DNA from: a virus | Lineage: Duplodnaviria; Heunggongvirae; Uroviricota; Caudoviricetes | DNA length: 26,390 nt | IMG/VR virus record: IMGVR_UViG_3300046513_000108 | Location: 1-26,390 of that record | Reading direction: 5' to 3' (one strand) | Shown: piece by piece, positions 15,684-22,947 of the stretch | Layout: each line of letters opens with the position of its first letter | Numbering within the stretch: the first letter of the stretch is position 1 | Made by a program: the position numbers and the translations under genes | The notes under the pieces: model-generated | What the model was told of the DNA's origin: nothing | The model's database searches: none | The model's input: only the letters and a program-made list of their open reading frames with translations

Positions 15684-16067
15684 ATGAAAATCAATGGCTT
15701 CGTAGAACTTGACAGTAAATGGGTTGAGGAAGAAACTGATAAATACCTTGCTCGTATTAAACAGTGGCGTATTCAGGATAGGCAAGCTGCGTTAGAAAAG
15801 TTCAAAAAGAAATATAATGAACGTACTAGTTTCTTTAGTAAGAAAAAGCCAGAGCTTGTAGATGACAATGTTGCAGAAGAAATAATGGACAAAGAGGGTG
15901 CTAAAGGTAATATGTTCTACATCCCACTAAGTCATTGGGTTGCGCACAGTTATTCAGATATTTATTCTGAAATGAATGAACTGAATTCAGCTTGCAAACT
16001 TACTGATAAAATTCTTGTCAACACTAACTTGGCAGGAATCCTACAACGATGGAAAGGGAAAGAATGA
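15684..16067 (+). CDS. hypothetical protein
   Basis: The start was moved to ATG 15684 (GGAG upstream) to avoid overlapping the MPE gene. Confidence 0.65.
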   Translation: MKINGFVELDSKWVEEETDKYLARIKQWRIQDRQAALEKFKKKYNERTSFFSKKKPELVDDNVAEEIMDKEGAKGNMFYIPLSHWVAHSYSDIYSEMNELNSACKLTDKILVNTNLAGILQRWKGKE

Positions 16068-16531
16068 ATCAAAAACAATTAGGCAAAGCTTACACAGCAA
16101 TTCGAAAATTTAACGATATTGCAGGACAACTAGAAAACGTAACAAAAGACTCAATTGCACTTCAGCTTGATCTTATTCAGGAAGAATATCTCGAAACTGT
16201 AGATGAATATGACCTAGAGAATCCTGTAGGTATTCTTGATGGTGCAATCGATATGTTTGTTGTTGTCAGTGGATTGCTGCTGAAACTAGATGCTTCTGGA
16301 TATGATGTAGCCACAGCGATGAAACGTATCACTGATAATAATCTTTCTAAATACCCTAGTGCTGTCAATCCAACAATCCCCGTTCCTGTTGAATGGAATA
16401 GTGAGTGGACACTAACACACAATAAGGAACATGAAGTTCTTGTGTGGCGAGATGGTAACAACAAAATCAGGAAGCCACATGGATTTCGACCTGTAGAGAT
16501 TGGAGATTGCATTGGAGAGTGGTTTAAATAA
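16064..16531 (+). CDS. MazG-like NTP pyrophosphohydrolase (PRA-PH type)
   Basis: LDLIQEEYLETVDEY...ILDGAIDMFVVVSG (EE..E...D..D) followed by NLSK and KIRKP; ATGA overlap at 16064. Confidence 0.75.
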   Translation: MNQKQLGKAYTAIRKFNDIAGQLENVTKDSIALQLDLIQEEYLETVDEYDLENPVGILDGAIDMFVVVSGLLLKLDASGYDVATAMKRITDNNLSKYPSAVNPTIPVPVEWNSEWTLTHNKEHEVLVWRDGNNKIRKPHGFRPVEIGDCIGEWFK

Positions 16532-17099
16532 GACTGTCTTAGGGATAGGCTACAAAGGAGTTGGGAAACATTTATCTTGTAAGAATGGGAAGAAAACAAA
16601 AGAGTATGTTTTATGGAAAAATATGCTGCATAGGTGTTACAGCGGAAAGTATAAAGCATATAAAATGACTTCTGTTTGCGAGGAGTGGTATAATTTCCAG
16701 AATTTTGCGGAATGGTGCAATTTGCAACCAGAGTTTTTCAACGAAAAATCTTGTCTAGACAAGGACATACTGAAAAAAGGAAATAGAGTCTATTGTCCAG
16801 AGTTTTGTTGCTTCGTACCAAATGAAATCAATATCGCATTAGCAAGCAGAAGGTCGCTACGCGGGGGTTGTCCATTGGGTGTATGCTTTGATAAGAGTAG
16901 AGGTAAGTATCACAGTTGCCTAAATAAGTTTAAAGTGCAGATCAATTTAGGTAGATTTAACACACCAGAAGAGGCATTCAATGTGTACAAAATAGCAAAA
17001 GAAGAGTACTTGAAAGAACTAGCTGTGTCATTCAAAAAATCTATTTCAGACAGAGTGTACGAAGCTCTTTTGAAATATGAAGTAGAAGTAACAGACTAA
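16500..17099 (+). CDS. free-standing HNH-AP2 homing endonuclease
   Basis: Motifs LWKNMLHRCY, VCEEWYNFQNFAEW, LDKDIL, CCFVPNEIN; AP2-like GVCFDKSRGKY...LGRFNTPEEAFNVY. The exact start (TTG 16500 or 16512) is uncertain. Confidence 0.8.
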   Translation: MEIALESGLNKTVLGIGYKGVGKHLSCKNGKKTKEYVLWKNMLHRCYSGKYKAYKMTSVCEEWYNFQNFAEWCNLQPEFFNEKSCLDKDILKKGNRVYCPEFCCFVPNEINIALASRRSLRGGCPLGVCFDKSRGKYHSCLNKFKVQINLGRFNTPEEAFNVYKIAKEEYLKELAVSFKKSISDRVYEALLKYEVEVTD

Positions 17100-17101
17100 A
17101 G

Positions 17102-17130
17102 TTGACTGAATACAAGAAAAGTGCTATAAT
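17102..17130 (+). promoter_or_regulatory. sigma70 promoter for nrdAB (extended -10)
   Basis: TTGACT (17102-17107), 17 nt, TGc-TATAAT (17125-17130). Confidence 0.8.
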
Positions 17131-17162
17131 GGATGCTTTCTTCAAATGAACAAAGGGTGGAA

Positions 17163-19001
17163 ATGACAAAAGAAAAGTATCTTGAAATTGAAATTAATAA
17201 AGAAGACCCTGCTTATATCACTGAGTTTTCCCGAACACTGTTAGACGGATTCTACAAGCGTGATGATGAAACAATCTCTGAAGCACTGGCACGACCTGCT
17301 GTTGCTTATTGCTACGGAGACTATGAACTAGCACAACGTATTTATGATTATGTACACAATGGATGGTTCATGTATGCTAGTCCTGTTCTCAGTAATGCGC
17401 AAAAAGGTGAATGGAAGAATTGGTCAAAAGGTATTGAATGGAACAAACTACACACATTCTTCCCTACAGAGAAATATAACGGTCAACCTATCTCTTGCTT
17501 CGCCTTTGATGTTCCAGACACAACTAAAGGTCAAGTGGAAGTGATGCAAGAGCTTGCTGATTTGTCTCTTGCTGGAGGTGGTACAGGTGCTCATATGAGT
17601 ATTCGTGCTGTAGGGGGTAAAGCCCCCGGCCCGATTCCTTATATGAAAGTGATGGACAGTGCAATTGGATATTATCGTCAAGGTAAGACACGAAAAGGTG
17701 CAATCGCTGCTTATCAACGTGTAGATCATCCAGATATTATTGAGCATATTCGTTTCCGTAAGCCCGGTGGTGACAGTAAGCGTAGGAGTGATAATCGGCA
17801 ACAGTTTCACAATGCTGTAAATCTGACAGACAAGTTTATTGAAGCTGTTTTGAAAGATACATGGTATGATTTGAAATGCCCTCACACTGGCGAAATTAGG
17901 GAGACACTGGCAGCACGTAAAGTGTGGGAAGAGATTCTTGAAACTCGTGCTCTGACAGGTGAGCCATATTTGATGAAGATTGACTTGGCTAATCGTCTGA
18001 TGCCACAATCCCAAAAGGATTTAGGATTAGAGATTAAAGGTAGTAATCTGTGTTCTGAAATTACTCTGCCCACAAATGAAGAACGTACCTTCGTCTGCTG
18101 CCTGTCTAGTTTGAATATTGAGAAATATGAAGAGTGGAAAGATACGAGGATTGTTGAAGATTTGATTCGTTTCTTGGACAATGTTCTTCAGAGCTTTATT
18201 GACACAGCACCAGATAATCTCAGGAAAGCTAAATATTCTGCTGAACGAGAGCGTGCTATTGGGCTTGGTACTCTAGGTTGGCATGGATACTTGCAAAGCA
18301 AGAGCATTCCGTTTGAGGGTGGTGGATTCAACAGTGCTATTCAACATACACATCAGATTTATGGTATGATTGCAAAGCGCGCTGAAGCCTCTAGCAGAGA
18401 ACTAGCAATTGAACGTGGTGAGCCAGAAGATATGAAAGGTACAGGACTTCGTAATAGCCGTGTAACAGCTATTGCACCAAATGCAAACAGTGCTGACCTG
18501 CTAGACACTTCTCCTTGCATTGAGCCATACTTCCGTAATGTGTTCCTGAAGTCTACTCGTGCTGGTAACTTCCGTGTAAAGAATCGTCATCTACAAAGGG
18601 TGCTACAGAGCTACGGACAAGATGATGATGCAACGTGGGATTACATTCTCTCTAAAGATGGTAGTGTTGCTGATTTGACTTTCCTGTCTGAGCATGAACG
18701 TAAAGTGTTTGCTACAGCAATGGAATTAGATATGCATTGGGTAATCGAACAAGCTGATGCTCGTGCAAGTGCTCTTGGTGCAGGATTCCAAAGTCAAAGT
18801 TTGAATGTGTATTTCCCATTTGGTAGCAGTAGGCAATATGTTAATTCTGTCCACTTGAAATTCCTGAAGAGTGAGAACGTGACGACAATGTATTATTATA
18901 GAGGGGAGCGAGAGGGCGTGTCCGATAATGCCAAAGCTATTGAACGTCGTGCATTAGTTGATTGGTCTGGTGAAGATGTTTGTGTTTCGTGTCAAGGATA
19001 A
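17163..19001 (+). CDS. nrdA: ribonucleoside-diphosphate reductase class I alpha subunit (no ATP cone)
   Basis: ASPVLSNA, PISCF, GSNLCSEI (N-C-E finger loop), VCCLSSLN, AIAPNA, TMYYY and C-terminal CVSC. The start was set at ATG 17163 because ATG 17133 is only 2 nt after the -10 box. Confidence 0.95.
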   Translation: MTKEKYLEIEINKEDPAYITEFSRTLLDGFYKRDDETISEALARPAVAYCYGDYELAQRIYDYVHNGWFMYASPVLSNAQKGEWKNWSKGIEWNKLHTFFPTEKYNGQPISCFAFDVPDTTKGQVEVMQELADLSLAGGGTGAHMSIRAVGGKAPGPIPYMKVMDSAIGYYRQGKTRKGAIAAYQRVDHPDIIEHIRFRKPGGDSKRRSDNRQQFHNAVNLTDKFIEAVLKDTWYDLKCPHTGEIRETLAARKVWEEILETRALTGEPYLMKIDLANRLMPQSQKDLGLEIKGSNLCSEITLPTNEERTFVCCLSSLNIEKYEEWKDTRIVEDLIRFLDNVLQSFIDTAPDNLRKAKYSAERERAIGLGTLGWHGYLQSKSIPFEGGGFNSAIQHTHQIYGMIAKRAEASSRELAIERGEPEDMKGTGLRNSRVTAIAPNANSADLLDTSPCIEPYFRNVFLKSTRAGNFRVKNRHLQRVLQSYGQDDDATWDYILSKDGSVADLTFLSEHERKVFATAMELDMHWVIEQADARASALGAGFQSQSLNVYFPFGSSRQYVNSVHLKFLKSENVTTMYYYRGEREGVSDNAKAIERRALVDWSGEDVCVSCQG

Positions 19002-19004
19002 ACA

Positions 19005-19961
19005 ATGAGTAAAATTACAGAAACTACCGAAATCTTCGTACCACGTTATCATAAACTGCAAGAGATTTACGCCAAGCATGAACGTGCGCACTGGTATCCT
19101 GAAGAAGCTGATATGTCTGTAGACGTTGTGCAGTGGAAGGATGGCACAATTTCAGAAGGAGAGAAGGCTTACACAAAGATGATTCTCCGCCTATTCACAC
19201 AAGCTGATACAGATGTTTGTGCAGGATATGTTGAGAAACTTCTCCCTGTATTCAAGAACGCTGACGCTAGGATTATGCTGCTGTCGTTTGCCTGTCGTGA
19301 AACAACACACATGCTTGGATACAAACGTCTGAATGACACTCTCGGGTATGACAGTGAAGAATTTATGTCTGAATTCTTACAGTATAAAGAGATGAAGGAT
19401 AAGCATGATTTTATGGTTGAAGCTACAGACCTTCGCTCTAATAAAGGGAAGGCTGAATACCTAGCCAAACAAATTCTGATGGAAGGTGTTAATCTGTTTG
19501 CATCCTTCGCTATGCTGCTTGACTACTCTCGTGTGAATAAACTTCCGGGGATGGTGAGTGTCAATCAATGGAGCATTATTGAAGAATCTTATCATGTAGA
19601 AGGTTTGTCTGAACTGTTTAAAATTTTTGTTGAAGAGAATCCTTCAGTTGTTACAGAAGAACTTAAGCGCAACATTTATGAAACAGCACGGGAGGTTGTG
19701 AAGTTGGAAGATGATTTCATTGATTTGTGTTACTCTGTACATCAACCAAAACTGCTTGACAAACAAGATTTAAAAGACTATATTCGTCTTGTGTGTGATT
19801 ACCGTATGCAACAAATGGGCTTCAAGGCACAATTCGGCATTCAGAAAAATCCTCTTCCGTTTGTTGAGGAAATAACAGGGGATGGTATTCTTGGTAACTT
19901 CTTTGAGACTACCATTACAGCTTACAGTAAAGATTCTCTACAAGGTGAATGGGTTTACTAA
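19005..19961 (+). CDS. nrdB: ribonucleoside-diphosphate reductase class I beta subunit
   Basis: HWYPEE, FTQAD, ETTHMLGY (ExxH plus radical Tyr), MEGVNLF, EESYH and C-terminal NFFE...Y. Confidence 0.95.
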   Translation: MSKITETTEIFVPRYHKLQEIYAKHERAHWYPEEADMSVDVVQWKDGTISEGEKAYTKMILRLFTQADTDVCAGYVEKLLPVFKNADARIMLLSFACRETTHMLGYKRLNDTLGYDSEEFMSEFLQYKEMKDKHDFMVEATDLRSNKGKAEYLAKQILMEGVNLFASFAMLLDYSRVNKLPGMVSVNQWSIIEESYHVEGLSELFKIFVEENPSVVTEELKRNIYETAREVVKLEDDFIDLCYSVHQPKLLDKQDLKDYIRLVCDYRMQQMGFKAQFGIQKNPLPFVEEITGDGILGNFFETTITAYSKDSLQGEWVY

Positions 19962-19973
19962 GGAGACAGTAGT

Positions 19974-20189
19974 ATGGACAATAAAGTTAAAGTACCAATC
20001 AACGAGAAACTAGCAGCAAAGCTTGTAGAAGAGAATGAAGGCAATCTCACAGGATTTATGACAGAGATTCGCACAGTGTTTAAAACTCCAGATGGAGAAC
20101 CTATTTTTGAGTTACACAAGCAAGTAAAAAACGAACAAGAGTATATAAGTTATTTTGCATACTTTACTAAATACGGACAGGAGAATTGA
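19974..20189 (+). CDS. hypothetical protein
   Basis: AAGGAG SD; 71 aa. Confidence 0.65.
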   Translation: MDNKVKVPINEKLAAKLVEENEGNLTGFMTEIRTVFKTPDGEPIFELHKQVKNEQEYISYFAYFTKYGQEN

Positions 20190-20773
20190 TGAAAGTAGTG
20201 AGCACTCATGATTTGAAACTTATTCCCGAGCTTGCTCACTTCTCTTTGTTTGACTTGATAAACCCTGACAACGATGCTGTTGTAAATGAATTTCTTTGGA
20301 CAATGGGCCTTGACATTGACAGGCCGTTAGAGTACGATGTGTCCTATCACAGAACACTAACAAAGAAGTCTGTAGTAGGGTTTGTCATAATTGGGGAAGT
20401 AAGGACTGACAGACAATTTAGATTGTCCCCTTGGTGTACAGCAGAAGACAGGATGATTGCTGCTGGCAAGAAAGATGTCTCTCTAGCAAGGGAGCTTGCA
20501 GCGATGATGAATATTCAAAACGGTTATGGAAGTGAACAATCATTGGAAGATGAAGAGGTGGGAGAATTGTTTCAAGATCAGTCAGAGATTGAACGTATTG
20601 AAGACGAACTAACAGCGATGAAAGTTGTCCTAGACAATATTCGCGGCAACCAATACAAACGAAACGGAACAAGAAAACTTGCACATGAATATCATGAACA
20701 AGAACCTTATCAACGTGAACGGCGTAAAAAGAAGAACCGAACTACTTTGAAACATCGTTTCATCGAAGATTGA
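20186..20773 (+). CDS. hypothetical protein with acidic coiled-coil and basic C-terminal tail
   Basis: AGGAG SD (start TTG 20186 or ATG 20189); C-terminus RERRKKKNRTTLKHRF. Confidence 0.7.
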   Translation: MMKVVSTHDLKLIPELAHFSLFDLINPDNDAVVNEFLWTMGLDIDRPLEYDVSYHRTLTKKSVVGFVIIGEVRTDRQFRLSPWCTAEDRMIAAGKKDVSLARELAAMMNIQNGYGSEQSLEDEEVGELFQDQSEIERIEDELTAMKVVLDNIRGNQYKRNGTRKLAHEYHEQEPYQRERRKKKNRTTLKHRFIED

Positions 20774-20781
20774 GAAAAAGC

Positions 20782-20810
20782 TTGACAGGTAACATGAACA
20801 TCTCTACAAT
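20782..20810 (+). promoter_or_regulatory. sigma70 promoter
   Basis: TTGACA (20782-20787), 17 nt, TACAAT (20805-20810). It shares CTTGACAGG with the tRNA promoter. Confidence 0.8.
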
Positions 20811-20843
20811 GGAGTCTGTCAACAAACAAACAGGAGAGAATGT

Positions 20844-21029
20844 ATGAATCAATTTGAACAAGCAGCACAACGAGCTATCAACATCTTTCGTGTGAGCCAC
20901 GATAAAGAAAAAGCAGCACGTTTCATTTCAGCAGAATTTGACCTTGTTGCCTATGTCAGCCGTGGCAAGGTTTGGGCATCTGGTAATAATGAACAAGGTA
21001 AATACGAGTCTCGTGTAATTTTTAACTGA
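20844..21029 (+). CDS. hypothetical protein
   Basis: CAGGAG SD after an AACAAACAAAC leader; first gene after the promoter. Confidence 0.7.
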   Translation: MNQFEQAAQRAINIFRVSHDKEKAARFISAEFDLVAYVSRGKVWASGNNEQGKYESRVIFN

Positions 21030-21038
21030 GGAGAAGTT

Positions 21039-21197
21039 ATGTATAACAAAGAACAACTAGTAGAAGCAATGACGAAATACTATCAAGAATTTCTCGACAA
21101 TCCGCAGGATTACGAAGAAGATTTCTCTAATCTGATTCCTGAGGTAGATGCTGTACGTGTTGTAGATATTCTGGTAAATTATATGGAGAGCAAATGA
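21039..21197 (+). CDS. acidic hypothetical protein (52 aa, not in ORF track)
   Basis: GAGGAG SD; reads MYNKEQLVEAMTKYYQEFLDNPQDYEEDF...; ATGA overlap with the next gene. Confidence 0.65.
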   Translation: MYNKEQLVEAMTKYYQEFLDNPQDYEEDFSNLIPEVDAVRVVDILVNYMESK

Positions 21198-21577
21198 ACG
21201 AAACTAATCTGATTGAATATAGCCGTGAAGTGATGCCGCTGGTGCGTGCGCTGCAAAAGAAGAAAGAACTTATCAAAGATTGTAAAGACTCCGATGAAAA
21301 TGTGACAACGTTGCAGGAAAACGTCAAATGCTTGCAGAAAAAACTTGACGAAATTCTTGCTGACAACGATGATTACAACCAACTTGTAAGTGAGATGAAA
21401 GAAGTCAGTGTGGAATTGAAGCAGGCTATCAAATCAGCTTCAAGAGCCTCTGGATTCAAAGCCCAAGAGTTAAAAGAATACTTCTTCGCTCGTGCAAAGC
21501 AAGAAGCTGTAGAGAAGACTGTCAAGAAGGCTGAACGCTTCCAAGCGTTTGAAAAACTAATTGATCAAAATGCGTAA
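21194..21577 (+). CDS. coiled-coil hypothetical protein
   Basis: GGAG SD; helical, Lys/Glu-rich 127 aa. Confidence 0.75.
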   Translation: MNETNLIEYSREVMPLVRALQKKKELIKDCKDSDENVTTLQENVKCLQKKLDEILADNDDYNQLVSEMKEVSVELKQAIKSASRASGFKAQELKEYFFARAKQEAVEKTVKKAERFQAFEKLIDQNA

Positions 21578-21599
21578 CTAACTAAGAAGGAATAAAATC

Positions 21600-21872
21600 G
21601 TGTCTATCTTCACCGTCGCAAAAACTCTCATTACTCTGCTGCCTGTCATCACCGATGTTCTGGTTTCTGTTGAAGAAATGAACAAAGAGGGCGGCAACGG
21701 CTCCTATAAAAAGGAACTGGCTTTGTCCCTGATTAAAACGATTTATAACGCTTCTGAACCTGCCGTATCTTACGATACCTTGTATAATAACATCTCTGCC
21801 ACTGTTGACGCTGTAGTATCTTTCCTAAACTCCACTGGCAAGTTTGTCAAGGCTTTGAAGCAAGCTGCATAA
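21600..21872 (+). CDS. amphipathic helical hypothetical protein
   Basis: AAGGA SD, GTG start; last + strand gene before the terminators. Confidence 0.7.
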   Translation: MSIFTVAKTLITLLPVITDVLVSVEEMNKEGGNGSYKKELALSLIKTIYNASEPAVSYDTLYNNISATVDAVVSFLNSTGKFVKALKQAA

Positions 21873-21903
21873 AAAGAAAGCTTACCACATTTCTGTAGTA
21901 AGC
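21871..21903 (-). terminator. Rho-independent terminator of the late (minus-strand) operon
   Basis: The minus strand reads GCTTACTACA-GAAA-TGTGGTAAGC-TTTCTTTT: a GNRA loop with a G-U wobble that pairs only on the minus strand. Confidence 0.75.
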
Positions 21904-21950
21904 CTAAAAAGTACAACACACATTATACTTGAAGTATCAAAGTAGCACAT

Positions 21951-21984
21951 GGGGGAGGTTTCCGCAAGGGAGCTTCCTCCTTTT
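21951..21984 (+). terminator. Rho-independent terminator of the plus-strand operon
   Basis: GGGGGAGGTTTCC-GCAA-GGGAGCTTCCTCC followed by TTTT; the G-U wobbles pair on the plus strand. Confidence 0.85.
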
Positions 21985-22357
21985 AATTTCTGCAAGAGTA
22001 TGTTAAAATAATCTTTCCGTCACGGAAGGCTTCTTCAGCCCATTGTGTTGAAAGGATTATTCTGCCCCTCTGGAACAGGTTTCCCATCGATCCCTTGTCG
22101 TTCAGCCCATTCTCTAGCTCGCCTAACAGTCTCGTCGTCAAATCGACTGGTACTTGTGGCTTGATGCTCAGATTGCACTGTCGTACTTGCTTCAAAGCCT
22201 CCTGCTGGCGTAGGATTGCTTGGCATAGCCTGTTGGGCTTCTCCCACGGCTCCCGGTTGCATTCCTCCAATACCGGCATGTTTCGACGTAATGAAGGTGA
22301 GGCAAGAGTTGATGAGCATGTAAAGGCTACCAGCAATATAATAAATAGTAGTTTCAT
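21983..22357 (-). CDS. putative exported/periplasmic protein (124 aa) overlapping the holin-like gene in the +1 frame
   Basis: SD GAGGT 8 nt before ATG 22357; signal peptide MKLLFIILLVAFTCSSTLA; four further Cys. It fills the otherwise empty 21985-22034 gap and stops at the terminator edge. Confidence 0.6.
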   Translation of the reverse strand: MKLLFIILLVAFTCSSTLASPSLRRNMPVLEECNREPWEKPNRLCQAILRQQEALKQVRQCNLSIKPQVPVDLTTRLLGELENGLNDKGSMGNLFQRGRIILSTQWAEEAFRDGKIILTYSCRN

Positions 22358-22523
22358 CAAGCCCAACCTCGATACCGAAGGATTTGAGAAGATTAAGTAC
22401 AACCACAATACCACCCACAACAGCAGGTAAGACTGTTGATTGTGCTTGCTTCCAGAATAGTTTGTTTCCAACTTCTTTCCCGAATTGAAAGAGTTGAAAG
22501 AACAACTTAAGTTTGGCGAACAT
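22035..22523 (-). CDS. putative holin-like 2-TM protein with long hydrophilic C-tail
   Basis: TAATG-coupled to the endolysin; TMs TVLPAVVGGIVVVLNLL and IYYIAGSLYMLINSCLTFI; polar low-complexity tail. Confidence 0.55.
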   Translation of the reverse strand: MFAKLKLFFQLFQFGKEVGNKLFWKQAQSTVLPAVVGGIVVVLNLLKSFGIEVGLDETTIYYIAGSLYMLINSCLTFITSKHAGIGGMQPGAVGEAQQAMPSNPTPAGGFEASTTVQSEHQATSTSRFDDETVRRAREWAERQGIDGKPVPEGQNNPFNTMG

Positions 22524-22936
22524 TATTTCACTCCGTATTCTTTCCGCAAAGCACCCATGTCAAGGTCTTTTTCTTGGAAATGTACATACTCTTTAAAGGA
22601 TTTCCAAGAACCGGCCCAATCTAATCCACACTTCTCTCCAATTTCTCCACATTGCTTATAAAGGTCAAGGTCATCCCACACAGCCTTGCCATTTACCACG
22701 ATGCAGATGTCAAACGCTCTACGGAAGTTGTGCGCAGAATATCCAGCTTTTGCATTGGTGACAATCCTGCCCGGAGTTGTTCTACCTTGTGCGTACAAGG
22801 CATTTTGTGATTCAAGGTCACGATATGTGGATGTCACAATAACATCAATTCCAGCATCCTTGCACATGGCAATAAACTTCTGGCAGCGATGTTGCATGTC
22901 ACCTGTTAGGTCGTTGACGTTTCTACTGTTAATCAT
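22523..22936 (-). CDS. endolysin, M15 family (CwlK/Ply500-like L-Ala-D-Glu peptidase)
   Basis: TYRDLESQNALYAQGRT...TNAKAGYSAHNFRRAFD (R; SxH...D) and EYVHFQ (E..H); LDWAGSW. Confidence 0.9.
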   Translation of the reverse strand: MINSRNVNDLTGDMQHRCQKFIAMCKDAGIDVIVTSTYRDLESQNALYAQGRTTPGRIVTNAKAGYSAHNFRRAFDICIVVNGKAVWDDLDLYKQCGEIGEKCGLDWAGSWKSFKEYVHFQEKDLDMGALRKEYGVK

Positions 22937-22947
22937 TATTTGTTCCT

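Noticed and set aside
17133-17162. nrdA start at ATG 17133
   Set aside because: It lies only 2 nt downstream of the -10 box, upstream of the expected TSS. ATG 17163 has a purine-rich SD.
16177-18181. Minus-strand ORFs antisense to the MazG-like, HNH and nrdA genes (16177-16659, 17448-18014, 17882-18181)
   Set aside because: They are shadow ORFs opposite well-supported genes and have no motifs.
5913-19961. Introns or inteins in polA, nrdA or nrdB
   Set aside because: All three are single continuous ORFs of compact size, with conserved motifs in order and no intein C/S...HN-C signatures seen.
22095-22430. Plus-strand 111-aa ORF opposite the dual-coded lysis region
   Set aside because: It lies downstream of the plus-strand terminator, has no SD or motifs, and would require triple coding.
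22358-22471. Upstream TTG start of track ORF 21983-22471
   Set aside because: ATG 22357 has a clear SD and gives a clean signal peptide, whereas the TTG start lacks an SD. A longer TM-anchored isoform cannot be fully excluded.
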